Positions 1-9,590 of a stretch of DNA of 64,000 bases are shown in pieces (position 1 is the first letter of the stretch; each line of letters starts with the position of its first letter). Under the pieces are notes generated by a model, which saw only the letters and a list, made by a program, of their open reading frames with translations, was not told where the DNA came from and ran no database searches. The stretch is from an uncultured Clostridia bacterium (GTDB taxonomy: Bacteria; Bacillota; Clostridia; Christensenellales; UBA1242), in the NCBI GenBank assembly GCA_944384535.1, contig CALWTS010000010.1, positions 4,651 to 68,650 of the forward strand, given 5' to 3'. Position numbers and translations under genes: made by a program.

Positions 1-8
1 TATGATAG

Positions 9-284
9 ATGAATAAACAACAATTTATCAAAGCATTTGCAGACAAAGCAAATTTTACTCAAAAAGATGCAGGGATTGCTTTTGAAGCAATGGCAGCAAC
101 TATTGCTGAAACACTTAAATCTGGAGAGAAAATTCAAATTGCTGGATTTGGAACTTTTGAGATGAAAAAAAGAGCAGCTAGGGAAGGAATTAATCCTTTA
201 ACAAAAGAAAAAGTTTCTATACCTGCTTGCAGTGCACCTTCATTTAAGTTTGGTAACAGTTTTAAAGATACAGTTAGCAAATAA
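9..284 (+). CDS. hup: DNA-binding protein HU (HU/IHF family)
   Basis: The 91-aa ORF has the typical HU sequence (MNKQQFIKAFADKA..., beta-arm GFGTFEMKKRAAREGINPLT). It is followed by a hairpin terminator. Confidence 0.9.
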   Translation: MNKQQFIKAFADKANFTQKDAGIAFEAMAATIAETLKSGEKIQIAGFGTFEMKKRAAREGINPLTKEKVSIPACSAPSFKFGNSFKDTVSK

Positions 285-287
285 AAA

Positions 288-312
288 CGAACCTTTTGGG
301 TTCGCTTTTATT
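288..312. terminator. Bidirectional intrinsic terminator between convergent hup and the rubrerythrin-like gene
   Basis: The stem cgaacc (288-293) pairs with ggttcg (299-304). A T-run follows on the + strand and an A-run precedes it. Confidence 0.7.
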
Positions 313-901
313 TTTCTGTTTCATTTAAATTAAAAATTACAATACCTTTTTCATTTTTACATAATGGACAATATTCCCAAACCTTTTTATCTTCTTGAGT
401 ATATCCGCAAAAAGAACATTCCCAAATAGTTTTTTTGTTAGAGGAATATAATTGTTTAGATTGAAAACGATTTGATAAAATTTTAAGTTTTTTTGCAATA
501 TTTTGTGTTGCTATAGAAAGAAGTTCAAATAGTTGTTTAATATTTTTAAAACCTTCATCTTGTGCAATTTTGGCAAAATGAGGGAAAATATTTTTAGCTT
601 CATATTCTTCGTTTTCAAAAAAATCTTGCAAACTATTTTTTAGTTTAAATTGTTCAAAAGGAAAACTTGCTTCAACTTTAATATTTTCTTTTTTATTTAG
701 AAGATTCTCAATAATATTACAATAGATAATTTCTGCATGAGCCATTTTTATATCTGCTATATTTTGAAGTATGTCGTGAATATAGTAAAATTTTTCTTTT
801 CGTGCATTATTTTTTAAAAAAGTCAACTTAGCATTGTCTTGGCACAAACAAGCGAAAGTTCTTGCAAGATTTTCTTTTGTTTTACTATGATTAAAGTCCA
901 T
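308..901 (-). CDS. Rubrerythrin-like protein (ferritin-like domain plus C-terminal rubredoxin CxxC...CxxC)
   Basis: The N-terminus is collinear with rubrerythrin (SKTKENLARTFA..., ADIKMAHAE). The C-terminus WECSFCGY...CPLCK is a rubredoxin-type zinc/iron knuckle. Confidence 0.75.
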   Translation of the reverse strand: MDFNHSKTKENLARTFACLCQDNAKLTFLKNNARKEKFYYIHDILQNIADIKMAHAEIIYCNIIENLLNKKENIKVEASFPFEQFKLKNSLQDFFENEEYEAKNIFPHFAKIAQDEGFKNIKQLFELLSIATQNIAKKLKILSNRFQSKQLYSSNKKTIWECSFCGYTQEDKKVWEYCPLCKNEKGIVIFNLNETEK

Positions 902-1009
902 ATAAACTCCTTTTTATTTATTATGTGTAAGTAAAAGTATATTAAACATTTGATTTTTTATAAAAAAAAGATTATATTAAATTAAGAGAGTAAAAGAGAG
1001 GGAAGTCAG

Positions 1010-1750
1010 TTGAAAGTAAATAATGTTCTTGAATTAGAAAATTTTCAAAAATATCATTTTGTAATTTTAGGATTTTCTAATTTTAAAAGTATATTTAAAA
1101 AAATAAAAAACGTTATGAAGTTTTATCGTTTTTCAGATGAGGGAATTGTTAATGAAAGAGAAATAATTTATGATGTTTCTAACAATTTGTTATCAGATTC
1201 GGGAGTTATATTATCTAAGCAGTATGGAGAGAAAAAAATTAAGTTTATAGTTACAAAAATAAGTCAATTGCCTGGAGAAATGAAAAGACCTAGTAAGGAA
1301 TTTTTATTAGGAGAGTTAGAAACAGATGCAGAACCAAAAGATTATTCTTTACAAATATCATCAGCAATTGAAAATTCTTTTTCGGCTACATTTACAGTAG
1401 ATTTAGATTCTTTTGTTAAGCAAACTTATCCTAAAATTAGGATTGATATTAAATCGAGAAAATATCTTATAATTGGTGGAACAGGGTATAGAGCTGAGCT
1501 TTATTATGAAAAAGTAACTTACAGAGATATTAAATCAAGAAAAACGGTTATGCGAGATAATATTACATTTAAGATGTGGAATACTAAGGAATATAATGAG
1601 GAAAATAAGCAAATTTTAGATATCCTAGATAAAAAAATTAAAGAAATTGCTTTATTTGATCTTTCTAGGTTTGAGATAGCACAAAAATTATTGTATCCAA
1701 AAGATGAAGGAGAAGTTGATAGCGAGGAACCAAAGGTAGATGAAGAATAA
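1010..1750 (+). CDS. Hypothetical protein with acidic C-terminus (a weak CYTH-like impression only)
   Basis: The 246-aa ORF has a TTG start preceded by a gagggaag SD and a terminator directly after the stop. I recognised no confident family. Confidence 0.5.
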   Translation: MKVNNVLELENFQKYHFVILGFSNFKSIFKKIKNVMKFYRFSDEGIVNEREIIYDVSNNLLSDSGVILSKQYGEKKIKFIVTKISQLPGEMKRPSKEFLLGELETDAEPKDYSLQISSAIENSFSATFTVDLDSFVKQTYPKIRIDIKSRKYLIIGGTGYRAELYYEKVTYRDIKSRKTVMRDNITFKMWNTKEYNEENKQILDILDKKIKEIALFDLSRFEIAQKLLYPKDEGEVDSEEPKVDEE

Positions 1751-1751
1751 A

Positions 1752-1780
1752 ATCGTAGTTTGAACTACGATTTTATTATT
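1752..1780 (+). terminator. Intrinsic terminator
   Basis: The stem atcgtagtt / aactacgat is followed by ttttattatt. Confidence 0.7.
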
Positions 1781-1817
1781 AGAATAATCAAAAGATTGGA
1801 AACATAGATATATTTAA

Positions 1818-3233
1818 GTGGAAAAAGACTTAAATTTTAAAACAAAATTTTGCTATGGTATTGGGGGACTAGGATATAGTTCAATGTCACAAACATTGAA
1901 TAGTTTTATAATGTTTTTTGCAACTGCGGTTATGGGGATTTCTGGATCTTTAGTTGGAATTGCCATTGCAACTTCTTCACTATGGGATGGCGTTAGTGAT
2001 CCTCTTGTTGGTTATTTATCGGATAATACAAAAAATAAATTTTTTGGAAAAAGATTGGGATTTATGTTTTTTGGGATTTTCATGATTGCTTTTTTAAATA
2101 TTTGCATTTGGTCAATGCCAGCATCTTTACCAGAAATTGCAAAATTTTTTTGGTTATTGATTGGAATGTTAGCAATTGAAACTGCAAATACTTGTTTTGG
2201 AACACCTTATTCAGCATTAGCAATTGATATTGCCCCTGACTACAATGAACAATCGAAAGTACAAAGTTTTAAAACTGTTTTTAACATAATAGGAATGATT
2301 TTACCAAGTGTTTTAATGTATTTTTTTATGTCTTCTATATCAATTGGTATACAAACTCAATATACTCAAGAAGGTTACATTAAAATTGCTTGCATAAATT
2401 CAAGTTTGTTAATTGTTTTAGGATTGATAACAATATTTTCAACATTACGTTTTGTTAGGGAAAATAAAATATATGTTTCAAACGTAGACAATGAAAAGTT
2501 TAATTTTGGGAAATTGATGTCAGGTTATTTTAATATTTTAAAGAAAAAAGATTTTCGTTCTGTTATTTTAGGATATTCCTTTGCAACGATTTCATCTGCT
2601 TTTTTAACATCTGTTGGCATGCATTTATTTACTTATTGTTATCATTTTTCAAGTACTCAAATTTCAGTAGTTTTAATTTCATTGTTTGGAGGTGCAATTG
2701 CTTCACAACCTTTATGGGTATATTTATCTAAAAGAATAGAGAAAAAGAGAACATTAATAATTTCCTTATCTACATTAGTTATTGGGATTTTTCTTACAGT
2801 AATTACATTTTTGTTTAGAGATTTTATTTCATCACAAATTATGTTTTATATAGCAATTCCATGTTTAATTTTTTGTGGAATTGGAGCCGGAGCAATGTAT
2901 TCTTTACCATTTTCTATGTATGCAGATGCTGTTACTTTAGATATTTTTAAAACTGGTCAAAACAATGCAGGAGCGTATACTGGTTATTTTACCTTCACAT
3001 ATAATTTAGCAAATTCTATTGCTTTGTTGATTATTGGTTTTTTGTTAGATTTTATAAAGTTTGATTCGACTCAGCCAGTACAAGCAATGTCGGTCCAAAA
3101 TGGGTTAGGGTTAATAGTTTTTTTTGGGTGTACAATTTTTTTATCGCTTTCAATTATTATGTTTTCAAAATTTTCGATAAAGCGTTCTGATGTATTAAAA
3201 ATACAGATGATGTCCAAGTTTGATAAAAAGTAA
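1818..3233 (+). CDS. MFS transporter, glycoside-pentoside-hexuronide (GPH) cation symporter family
   Basis: The 471-aa protein looks polytopic, with about 12 hydrophobic segments. It carries a GPH-type motif (WDGVSDPLVGYLSDNTKNKFFGKR). The start is GTG. Confidence 0.8.
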   Translation: MEKDLNFKTKFCYGIGGLGYSSMSQTLNSFIMFFATAVMGISGSLVGIAIATSSLWDGVSDPLVGYLSDNTKNKFFGKRLGFMFFGIFMIAFLNICIWSMPASLPEIAKFFWLLIGMLAIETANTCFGTPYSALAIDIAPDYNEQSKVQSFKTVFNIIGMILPSVLMYFFMSSISIGIQTQYTQEGYIKIACINSSLLIVLGLITIFSTLRFVRENKIYVSNVDNEKFNFGKLMSGYFNILKKKDFRSVILGYSFATISSAFLTSVGMHLFTYCYHFSSTQISVVLISLFGGAIASQPLWVYLSKRIEKKRTLIISLSTLVIGIFLTVITFLFRDFISSQIMFYIAIPCLIFCGIGAGAMYSLPFSMYADAVTLDIFKTGQNNAGAYTGYFTFTYNLANSIALLIIGFLLDFIKFDSTQPVQAMSVQNGLGLIVFFGCTIFLSLSIIMFSKFSIKRSDVLKIQMMSKFDKK

Positions 3234-3265
3234 AATATTGTTAAAACTATAAAAAAAGGGGTATT

Positions 3266-3748
3266 ATGAAAAAGCATTTTATAGTTTTAATAATTTTAAC
3301 TTCTATATTTATGACAGGTTGCAATGAGACAACTCTTAATTATTCAAATGTTTATAGAGATGACTACAATACTGGTGGAAACATTGATTTTGAATATCAA
3401 GATATGACTCACACAATATATTTTGGAGGAAAAAATCAAGTAATACAATATTATTTGGAAGATGTTGCAAAAGGTTGGGAAGAAAAAGGAAATAGGGTAG
3501 GAATAAAAATTTATTCTCCAGTGAGTTTAAATAATTATCAATCAGGATATGCTTATATAAACAATGAAAAATTGGAATGGAGTGAGTATTTGAAAGTGTA
3601 TGACGGTTCTTTTATTGCTTATTTTTATCCAATAGTTAATGAAGAAAAAGATGAAATAACAATTAAGTTATTATGGGAACAAGGTTACCAGGAGCAAACA
3701 TATTATTTAAAAATTAAACAAGGAAGTATTTTTGAGAATATGAAATAA
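3266..3748 (+). CDS. Putative lipoprotein, unknown function
   Basis: It has a signal peptide ending in the lipobox-like FMTGC and an SD (aggggt) upstream. Confidence 0.6.
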   Translation: MKKHFIVLIILTSIFMTGCNETTLNYSNVYRDDYNTGGNIDFEYQDMTHTIYFGGKNQVIQYYLEDVAKGWEEKGNRVGIKIYSPVSLNNYQSGYAYINNEKLEWSEYLKVYDGSFIAYFYPIVNEEKDEITIKLLWEQGYQEQTYYLKIKQGSIFENMK

Positions 3749-3752
3749 TATA

Positions 3753-3781
3753 TTGACAAATTTATGAAAATAAAATATAAT
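3753..3781 (+). promoter_or_regulatory. Consensus sigma-A-type promoter
   Basis: TTGACA (3753-3758), 17 nt, TATAAT (3776-3781). It lies about 22 nt upstream of the 3804 ATG, which has the SD aaaggagag. Confidence 0.6.
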
Positions 3782-3803
3782 CCTAAAAAGGAGAGATTAT
3801 ATT

Positions 3804-4241
3804 ATGGCATATGCAGATAAATTAAAAAGTTTGTTAGAAGATTTAGACAATATTACACCAATAAATTTATTTTCAGAGACAACAACAATAGAAGAAGCAG
3901 TTGCTTGGGCAAAAAAAATTATGAAAGCTTTAAATAGAGACGATGATTTTATGATAAAAGAAGAAGACATGCTTGTCGTTTCTGAAAAATTAAAGGAATT
4001 AGGAGCATTGAATTTTAGTCAATTAAAAATTAATAGGTTTTATAAAGGAGATTATATTGGCGCGTTATTAGGCAAAAAAAATGATATTTCTTTTCCATTA
4101 AGTGCTTTTGCTCAGTTGGTTGATACTTCTTATAGTACATTTAGATATGGTTTTAATAAGGCATTTCTTGGTGGAAAGCATAGTTGGGCATCTGAATGGT
4201 TGGATACACAAAGAGAAAATGGTGGTATAAATAGAGAATAA
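3804..4241 (+). CDS. Hypothetical protein (145 aa)
   Basis: This is a self-contained unit with a perfect promoter, a strong SD and its own terminator. I recognised no family. Confidence 0.55.
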   Translation: MAYADKLKSLLEDLDNITPINLFSETTTIEEAVAWAKKIMKALNRDDDFMIKEEDMLVVSEKLKELGALNFSQLKINRFYKGDYIGALLGKKNDISFPLSAFAQLVDTSYSTFRYGFNKAFLGGKHSWASEWLDTQRENGGINRE

Positions 4242-4281
4242 AAGATAAGAAGGTCAAAACTTTTTTAAATTAGAAAAAGAT

Positions 4282-4318
4282 GAACTCTACATAGAAAAGT
4301 AGAGTTCCTTTTTATTTT
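4282..4318 (+). terminator. Intrinsic terminator
   Basis: The stem gaactctac (4282-4290) pairs with gtagagttc (4299-4307), followed by ctttttatttt. Confidence 0.75.
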
Positions 4319-4350
4319 AAAATAAAATTGTAACATTATTTTTTTATTTA

Positions 4351-4391
4351 AAAAATACAAAAAAGGATAAAGATTTTAATTCTTTATCCTT
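4351..4391 (-). terminator. Intrinsic terminator downstream of tRNA-Glu
   Basis: The stem aaggataaaga (4363-4373) pairs with tctttatcctt (4381-4391). The A-run on the + strand gives a U-run on the - strand. Confidence 0.6.
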
Positions 4392-4399
4392 ACTTTTTG

Positions 4400-4474
4400 T
4401 GGTAGCCTCAAGGGGAATCGAACCCCTGATTCCGCCGTGAAAGGGCGATGTCTTAACCGCTTGACCATGAGGCC
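4400..4474 (-). tRNA. tRNA-Glu (anticodon UUC), CCA encoded
   Basis: The reverse complement reads GGCCTCATGGTCAAGCGGTTAAGACATCGCCCTTTCACGGCGGAATCAGGGGTTCGATTCCCCTTGAGGCTACCA. It has a 7-bp acceptor stem, the anticodon loop CTTTCAC and a GGTTCGATTCC T-arm. Confidence 0.9.
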
Positions 4475-4513
4475 ATATATCAAAAATTAGGGAGTTTTTT
4501 TTGATACTTTCAT

Positions 4514-4542
4514 ATTATAGGGTATAGATTTTATCATGTCAA
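4514..4542 (-). promoter_or_regulatory. Consensus sigma-A-type promoter for tRNA-Glu
   Basis: On the - strand: TTGACA (4542-4537), 17 nt, TATAAT (4519-4514). It lies about 40 nt upstream of the tRNA 5' end. Confidence 0.65.
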
Positions 4543-4584
4543 GTGTTTTATTAAAAAATTTTAATTTTTTCAACAGATTGGATA

Positions 4585-5310
4585 TTATATTTGGTTTCTA
4601 GCGATTGCACAAACAAAAACATTTTTAGCAGAACTTAATAACAATTGTGAACATATATTAACAGTTGCACAAGTGGTAACAACATCATCTACTAGTAAAA
4701 TGTTTTTATTTTTAATAATGTTTTTATCTGTTAAGATTATACTGTTTTGTAGATTTCTTTGTCTTTCTGTATAGTTTAATAATTTTTGATTTTTAGTTAA
4801 AATGTTTTTGTATAAAATATCTACAACTGGTTTTTCTGTTAATTTTGACAAGTTGTCAGCGAGAAGTTTTGCAGGATTATATCCTCGTTTTTTAATAGTT
4901 TTATAATGTGATGGTACAGGAACAATTAAATCGAAATCTACATTTTCGTTTTTTAACTTTTTATAAATTATTTCAGCAAATGGTTTTGCTAAATATTTAG
5001 CATTATCGCTTTTAAATTTTAAAATAGCTTTTCGAACATTTTTAGTATAATTCAAAGGACAATAACATTTTTCAAAAAATCTTTTTTGTTCTTTACAATG
5101 ATCACAGATTATATTTCCCTTAATTATCGATGTGTCGCAAATTTTGCATCTATTTCCATTATTAAATATCTCATCATTTTGACAAGATTCACAAAAAGGA
5201 TATTGTTGCCTTGGAATATCTTTGTTGCATAAAATACATTTAATATCTTCAGGAAATAGAGCTTTTATAAAGGTATTTTTTAAGTTAATTAATTTGTCTT
5301 TAAAATTCAT
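4585..5310 (-). CDS. comFC: ComF family protein (ComFC-like; N-terminal Cys-rich zinc finger plus phosphoribosyltransferase domain)
   Basis: It has multiple CxxC pairs at the N-terminus and the PRTase motif LLVDDVVTTCATV near the C-terminus. It lies immediately downstream of recD2. Confidence 0.8.
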   Translation of the reverse strand: MNFKDKLINLKNTFIKALFPEDIKCILCNKDIPRQQYPFCESCQNDEIFNNGNRCKICDTSIIKGNIICDHCKEQKRFFEKCYCPLNYTKNVRKAILKFKSDNAKYLAKPFAEIIYKKLKNENVDFDLIVPVPSHYKTIKKRGYNPAKLLADNLSKLTEKPVVDILYKNILTKNQKLLNYTERQRNLQNSIILTDKNIIKNKNILLVDDVVTTCATVNICSQLLLSSAKNVFVCAIARNQI

Positions 5311-5321
5311 ATTTCACCTTT

Positions 5322-7559
5322 TTATTCAAATAATTCTTTTATTTTTTTATCTGAGATAATAATTAAATCTTTCAAAAGAGTATATCTTTGAACAGTATAG
5401 TTATTTGCTACCATTTTTTTAAGATTTTTTTGCTCACCAACAATAACTACCATTTTTTTTGCACGAGTCACGGCAGTGTAAATTAAATTTCGTGTTAAAA
5501 TCATGTTTGGTCCGGCTATTGAAGGTATTACAACGACATCAAACTCTGATCCTTGACTTTTATGAATTGTTATGGCGTAGGCTAATGCAAGCTGGCTTAT
5601 ATCTGTACGTGGATAAATACATCTTCTTCCATCTTCAAACATAACAACTAATTCATTTGTTTGAAAATCTATAAGATCTATGAAACCTATATCGCCATTA
5701 AAAACACCTTCTCCTTCTTCTTCAATAAAACCATTAAGTTTTTTCCAAACAAGATTGTAGTTATTAGTTGTTTGCATAACTTTATCACCAACTCTAAAAA
5801 TATTATCACCGACAGGAATTTCCATTTTATTGATTGAAGGTGGATTAAGGCGAGCTTGTAAACTTTTGTTTAAGTTGTCTATACCACAAATGCCAGCTTT
5901 TAGGGGAGCAAGAACTTGAATTTGATTAGAATCCAGTCCTGTAAATTTAGGTAATCTAGTAACAACCAAGTCAACAATTGAATTTTTTATTGAATTTAAA
6001 TCTTGTTTTTCTTCAAAGAAAAAATCTTTAGATGAATTATTTAAGATAGGCATTTTACCAGAATTAATCATATGGGCATTAGTTATAATTAAACTATCAT
6101 CGCTTTGTCTAAAAATCTTTTTTAATAGAGAAACGTTTATGATACCACTTTTTAAAATATCATCTAAAACATTTCCAGGACCGACACTAGGTAATTGATC
6201 TTTATCTCCAACTAAAATTAATTTACAATCTCTAGGTAAAGCTTTGCATAAATGATTCATTAAAGAAATATCAACCATTGACATTTCATCAACAATGACA
6301 ACATTAGTTTTAAAAGGATTATTTTCGTTATATACAAAACGACTATTAACAGCCAAATCTCCACTTGCAACTTCTAAAGCTCGATGAATTGTTTTAGCTT
6401 CTTCACCTGTGCTATCAGTCATTCTTTTAGCAGCACGTCCTGTAGGAGCTAACAACATAAATTTTAGGTGATTTTGTTTTAAAATTTCTATAATACATTT
6501 TATGATTGTTGTTTTACCAGTTCCCGGACCACCGGTTATAATAGAAACACCATTATTTATAGCATTGATAATAGCGTTTTTTTGTTCTTCATGAAATATA
6601 ATATTGTTTTTTTCTTCAAAATGTTTAATTTCATCATCAAGATTTAATTTTTGAGTAATTTGTGAAACGTTTAAGAGTGTTAGTTTTTGAGCCACAGCAT
6701 TTTCGTAGAAATAATATTTAGTAGGCGTTATTATCTCGGCATCATGATACCACATGGATATGACAGTTTTATCTAAAGTTAGACTAGATAAAGCATCATC
6801 AAAGAGATCTTGACGAAGAGAATAATCAAGTTCAAGTAAGTTTGATGATTGAGATATTAGCAGATTTTTTGGAAGGTAAGTATTACCTGTTTTTTCAATA
6901 GAAGATGATAAAGAATATAAAATACCTGCTCTTACTCTAAATTCACTATCTGCGGGTATACCTATGTTTTTAGCTATTTTATCTGCAGTTAGGAAACCAA
7001 TCCCATCAATATCTTCTACCAATTTATATGGATTGTTTTTGACAATATCAATTGTTTTATTTCCATAAATATCGTAAATTTTTAGAGCCATATTTGTTGT
7101 GATGTTATACTTTTGTAAAAACATAACAGTATTTTGTAGATTTTTTAGTTCCTTAAATTTTTCACCAATTTCTAACGCTTTTTTTATGCTTATATTTTTA
7201 ACTTCAGCTAATGAAGAAGGACTCATTTCAATAATATCAAAAGTTTGTTCTTTAAAATGTTTAACTATATTTTGAGCAGTAATTGGTCCGACTCCTTTAA
7301 TTAGTCCAGATGAAAGATATTTTTCAATGCCAGCTAGAGTTTTTGGTAATATAATTTCGTATGAAGTGAAAGAAAACTGGTAACCATATTTATTGTTATT
7401 TACATACTCACCATCCAAAGATAAACTTTCACCAATATTTGCGTTTATTAATTTACCCACACAAACAACTGGTGTTGATTTAAAATCTATTACAAAAACA
7501 GTATAACCATTTTGGTCATTTCTAAAAATTATTTCTTCAATACTTCCTTCAATTTGCAT
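5322..7559 (-). CDS. recD2: ATP-dependent RecD-like DNA helicase (RecD2, SF1B)
   Basis: The 745-aa protein has helix-hairpin-helix segments (GIGFLTADKIA), the Walker A motif GGPGTGKTT, a VDEMSMVD Walker B, and the C-terminal motif TIHKSQGSEF. Confidence 0.85.
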   Translation of the reverse strand: MQIEGSIEEIIFRNDQNGYTVFVIDFKSTPVVCVGKLINANIGESLSLDGEYVNNNKYGYQFSFTSYEIILPKTLAGIEKYLSSGLIKGVGPITAQNIVKHFKEQTFDIIEMSPSSLAEVKNISIKKALEIGEKFKELKNLQNTVMFLQKYNITTNMALKIYDIYGNKTIDIVKNNPYKLVEDIDGIGFLTADKIAKNIGIPADSEFRVRAGILYSLSSSIEKTGNTYLPKNLLISQSSNLLELDYSLRQDLFDDALSSLTLDKTVISMWYHDAEIITPTKYYFYENAVAQKLTLLNVSQITQKLNLDDEIKHFEEKNNIIFHEEQKNAIINAINNGVSIITGGPGTGKTTIIKCIIEILKQNHLKFMLLAPTGRAAKRMTDSTGEEAKTIHRALEVASGDLAVNSRFVYNENNPFKTNVVIVDEMSMVDISLMNHLCKALPRDCKLILVGDKDQLPSVGPGNVLDDILKSGIINVSLLKKIFRQSDDSLIITNAHMINSGKMPILNNSSKDFFFEEKQDLNSIKNSIVDLVVTRLPKFTGLDSNQIQVLAPLKAGICGIDNLNKSLQARLNPPSINKMEIPVGDNIFRVGDKVMQTTNNYNLVWKKLNGFIEEEGEGVFNGDIGFIDLIDFQTNELVVMFEDGRRCIYPRTDISQLALAYAITIHKSQGSEFDVVVIPSIAGPNMILTRNLIYTAVTRAKKMVVIVGEQKNLKKMVANNYTVQRYTLLKDLIIISDKKIKELFE

Positions 7560-7653
7560 GTTTATATTTTAATATCAATTATACTTAAAATCAACTAAAA
7601 AAGGTTGCATTTCAAAGATTTTTTAATTATACTAATAATCAGAGAGATATAAT

Positions 7654-8037
7654 ATGAAAAGGGCAGAAAAATTAATAGAAATTGAATCATTGCTAGAAAA
7701 TTTAATGAAAAGTCGTAGAGATGGTAGTATTTTAAGAATGAAAATATTATTCTTTAGCCAAATTTATGAGAATTTGTCTGTTAGTATGATTATTGAAAAA
7801 TTGGGAATTAAAAAAACTAATTTTGCCTTAATGACATCTTCACTTGAAAAAGAAGGATGTTTAGTTATAAAAAAATCAACAATGGATAAAAGATGTCATG
7901 TTGTTGAACTTACTGATAAAGGAAAAGAAGAACTTGATAATTACATTAAAGAGTTTGATAAAATGTTAGGGCCAACATCACCTGATGTAGACTATGCAGT
8001 TGAAGTTCTCGGTAAATTTTTAAATAAAATAGTTTGA
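7654..8037 (+). CDS. MarR-family transcriptional regulator
   Basis: The 127-aa protein has a winged-HTH pattern (SMIIEKLGIKKTNFALMTSSLEKEGCLVIKKSTMDKRCHVVELTDKG). Confidence 0.7.
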   Translation: MKRAEKLIEIESLLENLMKSRRDGSILRMKILFFSQIYENLSVSMIIEKLGIKKTNFALMTSSLEKEGCLVIKKSTMDKRCHVVELTDKGKEELDNYIKEFDKMLGPTSPDVDYAVEVLGKFLNKIV

Positions 8038-8126
8038 GTGTAATTATTTGAGTAAATTAATTTTAATTTTTAGAAAATATTTGTCAAACATAAAATTTTT
8101 AAAATATAAATATATAAGGAGCTTTT

Positions 8127-9497
8127 ATGCTTAGATTTTATAATTCACTTACAAGAAAAAAAGAAGAGTTTGTTCCAAGAGATGAAGTGGTTAAGATGTA
8201 TTCTTGTGGACCAACCGTTTATTCTTATCCTCATATTGGAAATATGAGAGCTTATCTTTTTATGGATAATATAAGAAGAGTTCTTAAATATAATGGCTTT
8301 AAAATAGATGGCGTAATGAATATTACTGATGTAGGACATTTAACAAGCGATGCAGATGAAGGGGAAGATAAAATGCTTGTTGCAAGTCAAAGGGAAAATA
8401 AATCACCTTGGGAAATAGCAAAATTTTATACTCAAATTTTTATGGATAATACAAAGAAGTTGAATATAGATTTGCCAGAACATATTTGCCCGGCGACTAG
8501 TGTAATAGAAGAAATAATTGATTTTGTATCAAAACTATTAGAAAAAGGTTATGCGTATCAAACGAGCAAAGGAATTTATTTTGATATTTCTAAATTTGCA
8601 GGATATGGTCAGCTTGGAATGGATGTTAACAGTAAAAAAGCGGGAGCTAGAATAGAAGTTGATAGTGAGAAGAGACATCCTGCCGATTTTGCTTTGTGGA
8701 TTAATGCACCAAAAGAGCATATAATGCAGTGGAACAGTCCTTGGGGGATGGGTTATCCTGGGTGGCATATTGAATGTTCGGCTATTGGGAAAAAATATCT
8801 TGGGGAATATATTGATATTCATACTGGTGGCGTTGACCATAAGACAATTCATCATGAAAATGAAATAGCACAAAGTGATTGTCTTGAAGGACACAAAGTT
8901 GTTCATTTTTGGATGCATTTAGAATTTTTACAAATTGATGGCGGCAAAATGAGTAAAAGTTTAAACAATATATTTACTTTAGATGACCTAGAAAAAAATG
9001 GATTTTCTCCTGAAGATTTTAGATATTTTTATTTTAATGCACATTATTCAAAACAGCAAAATTTTACTTATGATTCATTAATGTCGGCAAAGAATTCTTT
9101 GAAAAATTTTAAAAATTCTGTTTTAGAACACAAGGAAGGAAATGAAAAAATAGATTTTTCGATTTTAAATAAATATGAACAAGATTTTTTAAATGCAATT
9201 AATGATGATTTAAATATGCCAGTTGCACTTGCTGTTTGTCAAAAGTTATTAAAAGAAAAGAAAAGTAAAGATGTTTATAATTTGATAATGAAATTCAATA
9301 AAGTTTTAGGATTAAATTTTGAAGACAATGGTGTAACTATCATTATTCCTGACGATGTAAAAATTTTAGCTAAAGAAAGATGGATGGCAAAACAAGCGAA
9401 AGATTATTCAAAAGCAGATGAATTAAGAAATAAGATTTTAGCTCAAGGGTATAATATTAAAGATAGTAAAGATGGATACGAGATAATAAAAAATTAG
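8127..9497 (+). CDS. cysS: Cysteine--tRNA ligase
   Basis: It has the class I HIGH motif (PHIGN), KMSKS, and the CysRS-typical WGMGYPGWHIECS. Confidence 0.95.
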   Translation: MLRFYNSLTRKKEEFVPRDEVVKMYSCGPTVYSYPHIGNMRAYLFMDNIRRVLKYNGFKIDGVMNITDVGHLTSDADEGEDKMLVASQRENKSPWEIAKFYTQIFMDNTKKLNIDLPEHICPATSVIEEIIDFVSKLLEKGYAYQTSKGIYFDISKFAGYGQLGMDVNSKKAGARIEVDSEKRHPADFALWINAPKEHIMQWNSPWGMGYPGWHIECSAIGKKYLGEYIDIHTGGVDHKTIHHENEIAQSDCLEGHKVVHFWMHLEFLQIDGGKMSKSLNNIFTLDDLEKNGFSPEDFRYFYFNAHYSKQQNFTYDSLMSAKNSLKNFKNSVLEHKEGNEKIDFSILNKYEQDFLNAINDDLNMPVALAVCQKLLKEKKSKDVYNLIMKFNKVLGLNFEDNGVTIIIPDDVKILAKERWMAKQAKDYSKADELRNKILAQGYNIKDSKDGYEIIKN

Positions 9498-9527
9498 CGT
9501 ATAAATTACGCTAATTTTTTTATTTTT
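9494..9527 (+). terminator. Intrinsic terminator of cysS
   Basis: The stem ttagcgta (9494-9501) pairs with tacgctaa (9507-9514), followed by a T-run. The stop codon lies inside the stem. Confidence 0.7.
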
Positions 9528-9528
9528 T

Positions 9529-9565
9529 ACAAAAAAAAAGTTAGGATATTCCTAACTTTTTTTAA
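9529..9565 (-). terminator. Intrinsic terminator of rplL (symmetrical, A-run/T-run flanked)
   Basis: The stem agttagga pairs with tcctaact, centred near 9548. It is flanked by A9 and T7 runs. Confidence 0.65.
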
Positions 9566-9590
9566 CACAATATTCATATTTATTTTTGAT

